A stretch of DNA of 64,000 nt, from positions 727 to 64,726 of the forward strand of contig CAYHKQ010000002.1 of assembly GCA_964357255.1 (NCBI GenBank), read 5' to 3'. Positions within the stretch are counted from its first letter, which is position 1. The number at the start of each line of letters is the position of its first letter. This document shows positions 10,043 to 18,435 of the stretch, in pieces. The DNA comes from an uncultured Elusimicrobia bacterium. GTDB taxonomy: Bacteria > Elusimicrobiota > Elusimicrobia > JACQPE01. The position numbers and the translations under genes are program-made. The notes beneath the pieces were generated by a model, which had not been told where the DNA came from, did not search any database, and saw nothing but the letters and a program-made list of their open reading frames with translations.

Positions 10043-11532
10043 GTTCTCTGAAATTAGAAAAACATAGCGCCTTGAATTCCGAGGAACGTCGCAACCTTCT
10101 AAATTCATTACTCGCGCTTTGTAAGCGAGATGCCGAAGATCCCAGCGAATCATCTCAGGATTTTCTTCGCCGTTTCTATAAGCACCCCCAATGCGATCAA
10201 GTCATGACGCCTGAGATTGTGCTCATTCTTGGCGTTCGGGGTGCCGGCAAAAGCGCCCTTTTTAAATATCTCCAGGCTGTGCGCGATTTTCCCGGTGGGA
10301 GCACCCTGATTTTACCCGCCTCGCAAAAAGATCTCTGGACACAAGGGCATGGTACTGGAGAAAATTTTCCACAGTCCGGCGTTCTTGGTCCGTTGGTCGC
10401 GCAAAAAAATACAAAGGATACGGCGGAGATGTTTTGGCTGGGACGATTGTTGGTAGCACTAATGAGGGTCCCGCGGATTGCTCCTATTCTTGAGAGTTCG
10501 CTAGGCCCGCTTTATTCGCAATTGAAAAATTTTGGAAACAGTCCCTCTAGCTGGCTTGACAATATTGCGTCAAAACGGGAAGAGGCGTATGGCGCGTTGG
10601 ATCAAATTGAGCGGAACCTCAAACAAGATAGCCTGCGGCTTTTTGTTGCCTATGATAATTTGGACGTCTTAACGCCGGATATCGAAGCCAGCAAGCGTTT
10701 GATCAGGCAGCTACTTCGCCAGTGGCTCGGTTTTTCCAATAGATACGCTTTTTTTCGCGGCAAGATTTTTTTAAGGGTTGATTTGTTTAAATCGAGCGAA
10801 CTTGATTTTCCTGACAGTTCCAAGCTTGCTGGAAAATCTATAAATCTAACCTGGGGCAAATCCCAGCTCTACGCCTTGCTTTTTAAGCGAATGGCTAATT
10901 TGTCCGGGGAGTGGGCCGAGTACCTAAAAAGCCTCTGCCCTGCCTTAATTTTAGAGAAAAAGGAAGCCCTTGGTTTTGTCCCCCAAAACGTAGGCGAACA
11001 AGAGCAAGCCGATATCATCAATGGTCTTGTTTCAGAAATGATGGGCAAAACAGCAAAAAAGGGCCGAACGGTTAAATGGATTCCTAACAATCTTCAAGAT
11101 GGCAATGGCGTGAGCGTTCCGCGCTCAATTTTTTCCCTGTTTGGAAACGCGGCGACGCACGAAACGACTGACCCAAAAGCAAAAAGGCGCCAACTATTGA
11201 CGCCGGATGATTTACGCTATGGTCTTGTCGAGGCCAGCAAGGCAAGGGTCAGCGAAATAGGAGAAGAAATGCCTTGGGTTGAAAGGGCTTGCAAAATACT
11301 CGAAGGGAAACGCGTTCCCCTTAAAAGGCACGAGTGTGAAAAATATTTTACCCAACTTCAGCTCAATGAAAATGATAACGAATGCCCCGCACACAACCCT
11401 TCAGAGTTGATTGATTGGCTGCACAATGTGGGTGTTTTGCGCTTGACAAAGGACGGCCGGATTCATATGCCGGATATTTACCGCTTGGCTTTTGGCGTCA
11501 AAAGAATAGGCGGGGTTCCGCTGCCAAAATAG
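10039..11532 (+). CDS. P-loop NTPase, family unassigned (Walker A GVRGAGKS)
   Basis: Motifs are ILGVRGAGKSALFKYL and a Walker B-like LFVAYDNLD. The GTG start at 10039 overlaps the upstream stop (GTGA). The region is lower-GC and A/T-rich. Confidence 0.45.
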   Translation: MSSLKLEKHSALNSEERRNLLNSLLALCKRDAEDPSESSQDFLRRFYKHPQCDQVMTPEIVLILGVRGAGKSALFKYLQAVRDFPGGSTLILPASQKDLWTQGHGTGENFPQSGVLGPLVAQKNTKDTAEMFWLGRLLVALMRVPRIAPILESSLGPLYSQLKNFGNSPSSWLDNIASKREEAYGALDQIERNLKQDSLRLFVAYDNLDVLTPDIEASKRLIRQLLRQWLGFSNRYAFFRGKIFLRVDLFKSSELDFPDSSKLAGKSINLTWGKSQLYALLFKRMANLSGEWAEYLKSLCPALILEKKEALGFVPQNVGEQEQADIINGLVSEMMGKTAKKGRTVKWIPNNLQDGNGVSVPRSIFSLFGNAATHETTDPKAKRRQLLTPDDLRYGLVEASKARVSEIGEEMPWVERACKILEGKRVPLKRHECEKYFTQLQLNENDNECPAHNPSELIDWLHNVGVLRLTKDGRIHMPDIYRLAFGVKRIGGVPLPK

Positions 11533-11572
11533 AGGGGAAAGACCATGACAAAAGAATTGGAAGGTAATTTCA

Positions 11573-14500
11573 ATGCCTAAACTGCCCTGGAAACCCTGGC
11601 ACGAGGTCGTAAAACTTCGCGAGGATTTACGTTCGGGTGAACTTTCGCTCAATATGTTCGCAGCGGACCTCTATGAGGTCCTGATGCAACGCGGGAAGAT
11701 GCCTGTTTATGAGAAGCCGGAGAATTTTTTCGCGCTGACATTCCCCACCTACAACCTGCGCCACCTCGTGCGCGACGTGGCGTTGCGCTTGGCGGGTAAA
11801 AACGACAAGGCCGTGCGCCAGTTGGAACTTACTTACGGCGGTGGCAAGACTCATACGCTCATCACTCTGCGCCACCTTGTCCATGAACCCGAAAAATTGC
11901 CAGATTTGCCGTCGGTGGCTGAATTCGTCCAGGAAATCGGCCAGAAGCCTCCCAAGTGCCGAGTCGCGGGCATCTGTTTTGACAAACTGGATGTAGAGAA
12001 GGGTATGGAAGTGCGCTCACCGGATGGCAAAGTCCGGACCTTGAAGCACCCTTGGAGCGTGCTGGCCTATCAAATAGCTGGCGATGCCGGCCTGAAGATT
12101 TTGCACGCTAACAACAAGGCCGAAGAACGCGAATCCGCGCCCGCTGAGAACCTGCTCACAGAGCTTCTGGAACTGCCGAATAAAGATGGATTGAGCACAC
12201 TTATCCTAATTGACGAAGTGCTGATGTATGCCAGAGAGAAGGTTGCCCAGGATAAGGAATGGAGGAGCAAGCTGGCGAACTTTTTTCATTATCTTACCGG
12301 GGCAGTGACTAAGGTAGACCGTTGTTGTCTGGTCGCCTCTCTCTTGGCCACCGACACGAGCAAAAGCGACTCTTTGGGACGCGAGATTCAAGCCGAGCTT
12401 TACAACATCTTTCAACGCCAACGCGAAGAAGCCGTCGAGCCGGTGGTGAAGGAAGACGTAGCTGAAGTCCTGCGCCGCAGATTTTTTGCGCCGGAGTCAT
12501 TGAAGGATCGAGATGCCTTCCGCCAGCATGTGATGGCTGCGCTCAAGGGTATCGGCGCGGTTGATGAACAAACTGCAAAGCAGGGTTCCGAGGCGGAGGA
12601 GCGTTTCCTTAAGAGTTACCCGTTCCATCCCGACCTGACAGAGGTTCTATATTCAAAGTGGACCCAGTTGCGCGGTTTTCAGCGCACCCGTGGCGTGTTG
12701 CGGACGTTCGCTTTGGCCTTGCGCGAGGCTGCGACTTGGGACGAGAATCCCCTGATCGGGCCTGCGATATTCCTTTCCGGGCCAGGGAAGGAGGGTCTTT
12801 CGGAGTCGTTGCGCGAATTGGTCACTGTCGCGGATACCGAGGAATGGGAGGGCAAAAAGCAGGCTTGGACAGGAATCCTGGACAATGAACTCTCTCAGGC
12901 CAGACGCATCCAGACCGAATCCGTCGCTCTGAGATTCCACGAGGTTGAGCAAGCGATTGTGGCGACCTTCCTGCATTCACAGCCCATTGGCCAAACAGCA
13001 AGAACCCGTGATCTTGCAGTGCTCCTCGGAGCCTCCCGCACGGATAAAATCGAGCTTGAGAAGGGTCTCTTGCGATGGGTGCAGACAAGCTACTGGCTTG
13101 ACGACCTATACACCGCTGTTTCCGAAGGGGCTTTGCCTGGCACTTGGCGGCTGGGCAACCGGCCGAACCTGACCCAGATGCATGCTGTCGTGGTCAAGAA
13201 TATGTCCGAGGATATGGTCCGGGCCCGCCTTTTCGATGAGGTCACGAAGGTAAAAACGCTTACTGCCAACGCCTCGGCGGCAGGCGTACGTGTCCACTCG
13301 CTTCCAGCAAGACCCAAAGATGTGGAAGACGAAGGCGCGTTTCATTATGCGGTTCTGGGGCCAAATGCGGCTTGCGAATCCGGTAAACCCAGTTCGGAGG
13401 CGGCACGATTTCTGGATGAGACGACAGGTCCAGACAAGCCCCGCGTCTATCGCAACTGCGTTCTGTTGCTTGCCCCGTCGAAGGATGGTTTAGAGCTCAC
13501 AATAGCCAGGATACGAGATTACCTCGCCTGGGAGGTGGTCCGCGAGGATATCAAAAAGCAGCAGAAGGACGGGAATGTCGATCCCGCCCGGGCCCAGACA
13601 TTGCAGATTAACATTGACAGAGCCAAGGCCCGCATCCCGGAAGCCATCAAGCAAGCCTACTGTATCGTAGTGACGGTTTCGGAAAAGGACGAGGTGCAGG
13701 CTTTTAAGATCACCATCTCGGAAGATACCCACTTCAATATTATCAAGACGGACCGGCGCTCTCGCGTCCAGGAGACGGCTGTCACAGCCGAGGCTCTGCT
13801 ACCGGAGGGCCCTTATAACCTCTGGCGTTCCGGCGAAAAGTCACGTCGCGTCAAGGATTTGGCCGGGGCTTTTGCCCAACTGCCACATCTGCCCAAGATG
13901 CTCAAAGCGAGCGCCATCCTCGAAACGCTCGTGGATGGGTGCGAGAAAGGAACATTTGTTTTACGACTTGTCCGCCCGGATGGAACGTCCCGGACGTGGT
14001 GGATGTCACGTCCGGACGATAACGCGCTCAATGATCCGGCGATGGAGTTGGTCCTTCCTAATACGGCAGAACTTGCAGATCTTTCTCCAGAGCTCTTGGT
14101 CCCCGGGAAGCTCCCTGACCTGTGGACTGAAAGTGAAATTATGGCCAAGACAGTCACCGAATATTTTGGCGGCTCGAAGGTCGTGCAAGTTGATCGTGGA
14201 GGCTACCGAGAGCCGATGCACATCCCAAAAGCCGGACAGACTATTGTGGATAAGGCCATCGGTGTGGCGGTAGAAAGCGGATCTATCTGGCTGCTTTCTG
14301 GCCCTTCCAGCATCCTTGGGGAACCTATGCCGGCAGGTATCCTCAACGCCAGCGCAAAGCTTTGCGCGCCTCCGGCCGTGATCGCCGCCGCGGAAATCCT
14401 GCCGGAGAATCTGCCGGCAGCCTGGAAGGACGTATCTGCTTCCGGACTTGCCATCTCAACTGCTTTGTCCGTGAAGGTTGGAAAGACATTGCCGTGGAAG

Positions 14501-14890
14501 ACTGTGAGGGGTGTAATTAGCAGCGCATTGCAGGCGCGATTCTTGGAGCTTACCCCTGATTCTAAGATTTGGCCCTGCGATCTGGCCGTCGCACAGTTCG
14601 CCAAATTCAAAGTCGCCATCCCAATCGCGGCCGGAGGATTTACCGTCGCCAGCGCAACAGGCAGCGGGTCAAAAGCGCTTATTGCAGCCGCCAATCTAGA
14701 GCCTTCGCAGGTTCAAGAGCTCGGCGATATCGTGCCAAAGCTACTGGCGATCAAGACCAAGGCAAACGTGCCCATACGATTCCACGTTCAGGTCGAGATG
14801 GGGGATGGTAAAACCCCGCCTCCACCCGAGACGGTGACTCAGGCGAACACCTTGCTCAAAAATGTGAATGCAGATCTGCAACTGCGATAA
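11573..14890 (+). CDS. DUF499-family ATPase (BrxC/PglY-like)
   Basis: The N-terminus is a DUF499 signature (PWHEVVKLREDLRSGELSLNMFAADLYEV ... TYNLRHLVRDV ... ELTYGGGKTHTLITL). The protein is 1105 aa. Confidence 0.75.
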   Translation: MPKLPWKPWHEVVKLREDLRSGELSLNMFAADLYEVLMQRGKMPVYEKPENFFALTFPTYNLRHLVRDVALRLAGKNDKAVRQLELTYGGGKTHTLITLRHLVHEPEKLPDLPSVAEFVQEIGQKPPKCRVAGICFDKLDVEKGMEVRSPDGKVRTLKHPWSVLAYQIAGDAGLKILHANNKAEERESAPAENLLTELLELPNKDGLSTLILIDEVLMYAREKVAQDKEWRSKLANFFHYLTGAVTKVDRCCLVASLLATDTSKSDSLGREIQAELYNIFQRQREEAVEPVVKEDVAEVLRRRFFAPESLKDRDAFRQHVMAALKGIGAVDEQTAKQGSEAEERFLKSYPFHPDLTEVLYSKWTQLRGFQRTRGVLRTFALALREAATWDENPLIGPAIFLSGPGKEGLSESLRELVTVADTEEWEGKKQAWTGILDNELSQARRIQTESVALRFHEVEQAIVATFLHSQPIGQTARTRDLAVLLGASRTDKIELEKGLLRWVQTSYWLDDLYTAVSEGALPGTWRLGNRPNLTQMHAVVVKNMSEDMVRARLFDEVTKVKTLTANASAAGVRVHSLPARPKDVEDEGAFHYAVLGPNAACESGKPSSEAARFLDETTGPDKPRVYRNCVLLLAPSKDGLELTIARIRDYLAWEVVREDIKKQQKDGNVDPARAQTLQINIDRAKARIPEAIKQAYCIVVTVSEKDEVQAFKITISEDTHFNIIKTDRRSRVQETAVTAEALLPEGPYNLWRSGEKSRRVKDLAGAFAQLPHLPKMLKASAILETLVDGCEKGTFVLRLVRPDGTSRTWWMSRPDDNALNDPAMELVLPNTAELADLSPELLVPGKLPDLWTESEIMAKTVTEYFGGSKVVQVDRGGYREPMHIPKAGQTIVDKAIGVAVESGSIWLLSGPSSILGEPMPAGILNASAKLCAPPAVIAAAEILPENLPAAWKDVSASGLAISTALSVKVGKTLPWKTVRGVISSALQARFLELTPDSKIWPCDLAVAQFAKFKVAIPIAAGGFTVASATGSGSKALIAAANLEPSQVQELGDIVPKLLAIKTKANVPIRFHVQVEMGDGKTPPPPETVTQANTLLKNVNADLQLR

Positions 14891-15424
14891 TCTGGTAACC
14901 ACGTTAACGCGATGAATCTATTTCGGGGGACACTATACAGTACGTATTTTCAGAGTTCCGGGGACACACACTTAATTTCCCGATTGTACCTCAGGACAAG
15001 AATTCTAGCGGAAGCGCATGGGCTTGGGTGGTACTGGGATCGGTAGGACGCCGTACTTCTCGGCGTTTAGCGCCGTTGCCGGTTTGACCGTCAGGGCGCC
15101 GCACTTACGGTTTCTGAGGTCCACCGCCTTGGTTAAATCGTCCCGGCGTCTGATGCCTTCCAGGAGGTAACCCGCGTTGCCCTCAGCCCGGCACAACCCC
15201 GAGACACTGATGCCAAGAAATCTTACCGTCAGTCTCGGCGGCCAGTATCGGCTCAGGATGCAACCGACTGTTCAAGGTTAGACTTAAAGTTGCGGTTGTG
15301 CGGTAGCGCTGTAGGCGGCTGTTAGGCTTGTCGGGAACCCCCTCAGCTTCAGGCGGTGATGATTTTTTTGTGTTTGAACAAAGTGCTGTGTACAATCGTG
15401 CGGCAGAATCGAACGGAGCTATTC

Positions 15425-16312
15425 TTATTTCAACAAGCTTCGCTTTAATTGCTCCGGGGAGGGAAGCTCTCCTGCGAACTGTTTGGGCAACTTTCGGGAC
15501 AGGATGTATTGGGCGACGCTCATGAGTTTATTAACCCCTCGCAGGGCGTATTCGACCTCAAGGCTATCTTTCGATTTGCAGAGGATGATCCCGATAGATG
15601 GATTTTCGTCTGGCAGCCGCACTTGGTCGTCCAGTAAATTGAGGTAAAAGTTCATTTTACCGGCGTACTCCGGCAAGAAATCGGTCATTTTTAGCTCCAG
15701 GGCCACCAGGCATTTTAAATGGCGATGGAAAAAGAGTAGGTCTATGAAATACTCTTTGTCCTTGAGAGTCAGCCGGTACTGACTTCCTACAAAACAGAAA
15801 CCTAGGCCCAACTCAATCAGAAAATTGCGGATGTGATCCAAAAGCCCGCGCTCTAACTCTCGCTCCCGCGCGCCCTTTGTTAACGTCAAAAAGTCAAAAG
15901 TGTACGGGTCCTTAACAATCTCCTGGGCAAGATCGGATTGGGGCTCCGGCAGGGTGCGCCTAAAATTGGTGGCGGCCTTGCCCTGGCGCTCGCAAAGGCC
16001 GGATTCGATTTGATGGACAAGAACGGTGCGGCTCCAGCCGTTTTCCAGGGTCTGGCGGATATACCATTCGCGCTGGGCCATGCTTTTGACCGAATTGAGC
16101 AAAGTGAGGTTTTGTCCCCAGGGTATTTCTGCGACAAGCCCTCGCAGTTTTGGGTAATTCTGGTATTCATCGCGGAACCTGCGCATGTCCCATAGATTGC
16201 GAGGAGAAAATCCTTGCATATCGGGAAAGTCGCGGCGCAAATCCACAGAAAGCCGCTCCACCACAGCCAGCCCCCAACCCTGCGTCTTCTGGGATCGGGG
16301 GACACCATACAT
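15425..16312 (-). CDS. YhcG-like PD-(D/E)xK nuclease (DUF1016 family)
   Basis: The C-terminal core (KEYFIDLLFFHRHLKCLVALELK) fits the D...E-x-K architecture of DUF1016/YhcG. It is convergent with the DUF499 gene. Confidence 0.6.
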   Translation of the reverse strand: MYGVPRSQKTQGWGLAVVERLSVDLRRDFPDMQGFSPRNLWDMRRFRDEYQNYPKLRGLVAEIPWGQNLTLLNSVKSMAQREWYIRQTLENGWSRTVLVHQIESGLCERQGKAATNFRRTLPEPQSDLAQEIVKDPYTFDFLTLTKGARERELERGLLDHIRNFLIELGLGFCFVGSQYRLTLKDKEYFIDLLFFHRHLKCLVALELKMTDFLPEYAGKMNFYLNLLDDQVRLPDENPSIGIILCKSKDSLEVEYALRGVNKLMSVAQYILSRKLPKQFAGELPSPEQLKRSLLK

Positions 16313-16800
16313 AATTCAATCGCCCCGTCCCTCGTTTGAATGGGATTCCAGGGGGGACAGTTTTTGGGTCTCTTTGTCTAGGATTTCTACTTTTTTGCGG
16401 ATGTTCAAAGCCTTCCGGCTCAAACTCGAAGAGATGCCTGTCTGGAGAGACTGGGGAGTGAAGAAAACCAAGAAACTGCTGGCTCAAGTGATTCTGTTTG
16501 GTATTGATTGTGAAGCGTTAAACAGGGCCCCACCCTAGCGGGGCTTCATGAGCGGGGAACATGAGAGGGAAAAGGCTGTGGGCAACTCCCGATGAAACAA
16601 CCCCCTTTGGGGGTAAGGGGGAGGTATGTCACAACAGAAAAGAATTCAGAGTCTGGATACCCGCCTGCGCGGGTATGACGGAACTTGGGGAACTTCTAGA
16701 GGTTAACATTGCTTGAGCCGAACGCGAGCATTAGATGTAAAATTGGGCATTCCAGAAGAGACTGATGATTCGTTTTGGTTTGAAGATTTGTGAATTGATT

Positions 16801-16858
16801 GGCCAGGTGGCAGAGTGGTCAAATGCACCGGTCTGTAAAGCCGGTGCGGGCCGAGTCG
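16801..16858 (+). pseudogene. tRNA-Tyr(GTA)-like 5' fragment with no T-arm or 3' acceptor strand
   Basis: Acceptor strand GGCCAGG, a 3-bp D-stem (GCA/TGC), anticodon stem CCGGT/GCCGG and loop CTGTAAA are all recognisable. Downstream sequence cannot form a T-arm or pair with the acceptor 5' strand. Confidence 0.35.
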
Positions 16859-16901
16859 CCAAAGAAAAAGTCCGGGGCGCAAGCCTTGGCGGGAGTGTAA
16901 T

Positions 16902-18401
16902 ATGCCGGTAGCAGAACTCAAAACAACAACCCTTAAACAATTTGTCAGCGGCCGATGGGTGGAAGGACGGGGGGACCGCGAGATTCTTTCTTTAAATCCG
17001 GCTGATACGAATGAAATCATCGCCGTTTTCAAAGGCGCGGATCGCCAGGATGCGCTGGCCGCCTTGGACGCGGCGGAACGCGCGTGGCCGGCCTGGAAAA
17101 AGACCCCTGCTCCCAAGCGCGGACGGATTGTGCAACGGGCTTTGGAAATCGCCCGTTCCCGCGTTGACGAACTCGCCCGGTTGCTCACGCGCGAGGAAGG
17201 CAAAATCCTCGGGGAGGCGCGCGGCGAAGTGGACAAGGGCATGAATCTGATGGAATGGTATGCCGGGGAGGGAATGCGCTTGATGGGCCAGACCGCCCCT
17301 TCGGAGCTTCCTTCCAACTTCCTTTATACAGTGCGCGAGCCATTGGGCGTGGTCTCGATTATTACGCCCTGGAATTTCCCTTGGGCCATTCCCTGCTGGA
17401 AAATCGCTCCGGCCTTAGTCGGCGGCAATGCCGTGATTTTTAAGCCGGCCTCCCTTGTGCCGGCCATGGCCGTGGAGTTGGTCAAAATATTTGAGGAAGC
17501 GGGACTTCCTCCCGGCGTGTTAAACCTGGTGCTGGGCTCGGGTTCCAGCGTTGGCGACGCGCTGGTTCGCGACCCCAGAATCCGCGCCGTGTCCTTTACC
17601 GGCTCCAATGAAATCGGCTCCGGCGTTCATAAAACGGCGGGGGAGCGGGGCATTAAAGTCACTTGTGAAATGGGCGGCAAAAATCCCTGTATTATCTGGG
17701 ATGACGCGGATTTAAACTTGGCTCTGGGCGGAGTCGTCAAGGGGGCTTTTGGCTCCACCGGTCAGCGTTGCACCGCCACCAGCCGCCTTGTCCTGCATGA
17801 AAAGATCGCGAGCCGATTTATAGAAATGGTTTTGGCTGAAGCGAAAAAGATCAAACTCGGAAACGGGCTTGATCCTGAGGTTGGAATGGGTCCACTGGTG
17901 GACAGCCGCCAACTTGAAACCGTGATGAACTATATTGAAATCGGCAAGAAAGAAGGGGCCAGGCTTCTCTTGGGCGGAGGAAAGCCGCAAGGCGCGGCTT
18001 ATCAAAACGGCTATTTTGTCGAACCCACGGTTTTTGGCGGCGTGATTTCTTCTATGAGAATTTTCCAGGAGGAAATTTTTGGCCCGGTTTTAACCCTCAC
18101 CACTGTGAAAACATTTGAAGAGGCCGTGGCCACGGCCAACGGCGTGCGCTTTGGACTCACAAGCGCGGTATACACGCAAGATTTGACTCTTGCCATGCGA
18201 TTCGTTGAGGATCTGCAAGTCGGCATGGTGCATGTGAATTCCCCCACAATCGGAGGGGAGGCCCAGATGCCCTTCGGCGGGATTAAAGCCTCCGGCGTGG
18301 GTGAACGTGAAATGGCTAAAGAAGGAATTAACTTCTTTACCGAACCCAAAACCGTATTTTTGGATTATACCGGCGTCCGCCGCGAATCCAATGTTTATTA
18401 A
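16902..18401 (+). CDS. NAD(P)-dependent aldehyde dehydrogenase
   Basis: The ALDH fold shows the catalytic Cys region (GQRCTATSRL), FTGS, and ELGGKNP (here EMGGKNP). Confidence 0.8.
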   Translation: MPVAELKTTTLKQFVSGRWVEGRGDREILSLNPADTNEIIAVFKGADRQDALAALDAAERAWPAWKKTPAPKRGRIVQRALEIARSRVDELARLLTREEGKILGEARGEVDKGMNLMEWYAGEGMRLMGQTAPSELPSNFLYTVREPLGVVSIITPWNFPWAIPCWKIAPALVGGNAVIFKPASLVPAMAVELVKIFEEAGLPPGVLNLVLGSGSSVGDALVRDPRIRAVSFTGSNEIGSGVHKTAGERGIKVTCEMGGKNPCIIWDDADLNLALGGVVKGAFGSTGQRCTATSRLVLHEKIASRFIEMVLAEAKKIKLGNGLDPEVGMGPLVDSRQLETVMNYIEIGKKEGARLLLGGGKPQGAAYQNGYFVEPTVFGGVISSMRIFQEEIFGPVLTLTTVKTFEEAVATANGVRFGLTSAVYTQDLTLAMRFVEDLQVGMVHVNSPTIGGEAQMPFGGIKASGVGEREMAKEGINFFTEPKTVFLDYTGVRRESNVY

Positions 18402-18435
18402 GGGACCGTTGCAACGATCCCCAAAAAGGCGCCTC

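Noticed and set aside
15005-15395. Small ORFs (63 and 70 aa on the minus strand, about 50 aa on the plus strand) in the convergent intergenic region.
   Set aside because: They have no motifs, poor start context, and a composition typical of random GC-rich frames. I left the region as unexplained non-coding (see finding).
16801-16900. A possible complete tRNA-Tyr gene.
   Set aside because: Only the acceptor 5' strand, D-arm and anticodon arm can be folded. The downstream sequence contains no T-arm (GTTCRANYC) and nothing complementary to GGCCAGG. I call it a fragment, not a gene.
18301-18435. The 5' extensions of the aminotransferase ORF (18301), panB (35457), panE (36365), DUF1015 (58024), acyl-CoA ligase (23856), vsr (41328) and GT2 (61382).
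   Set aside because: The extensions overlap upstream genes or lack an RBS. Internal Met codons with better context were chosen: MAKTAV, MFSIES, MKITIL, MPLKEL, MPLTIN with AGGAGG, MADVFT and MKISVI.
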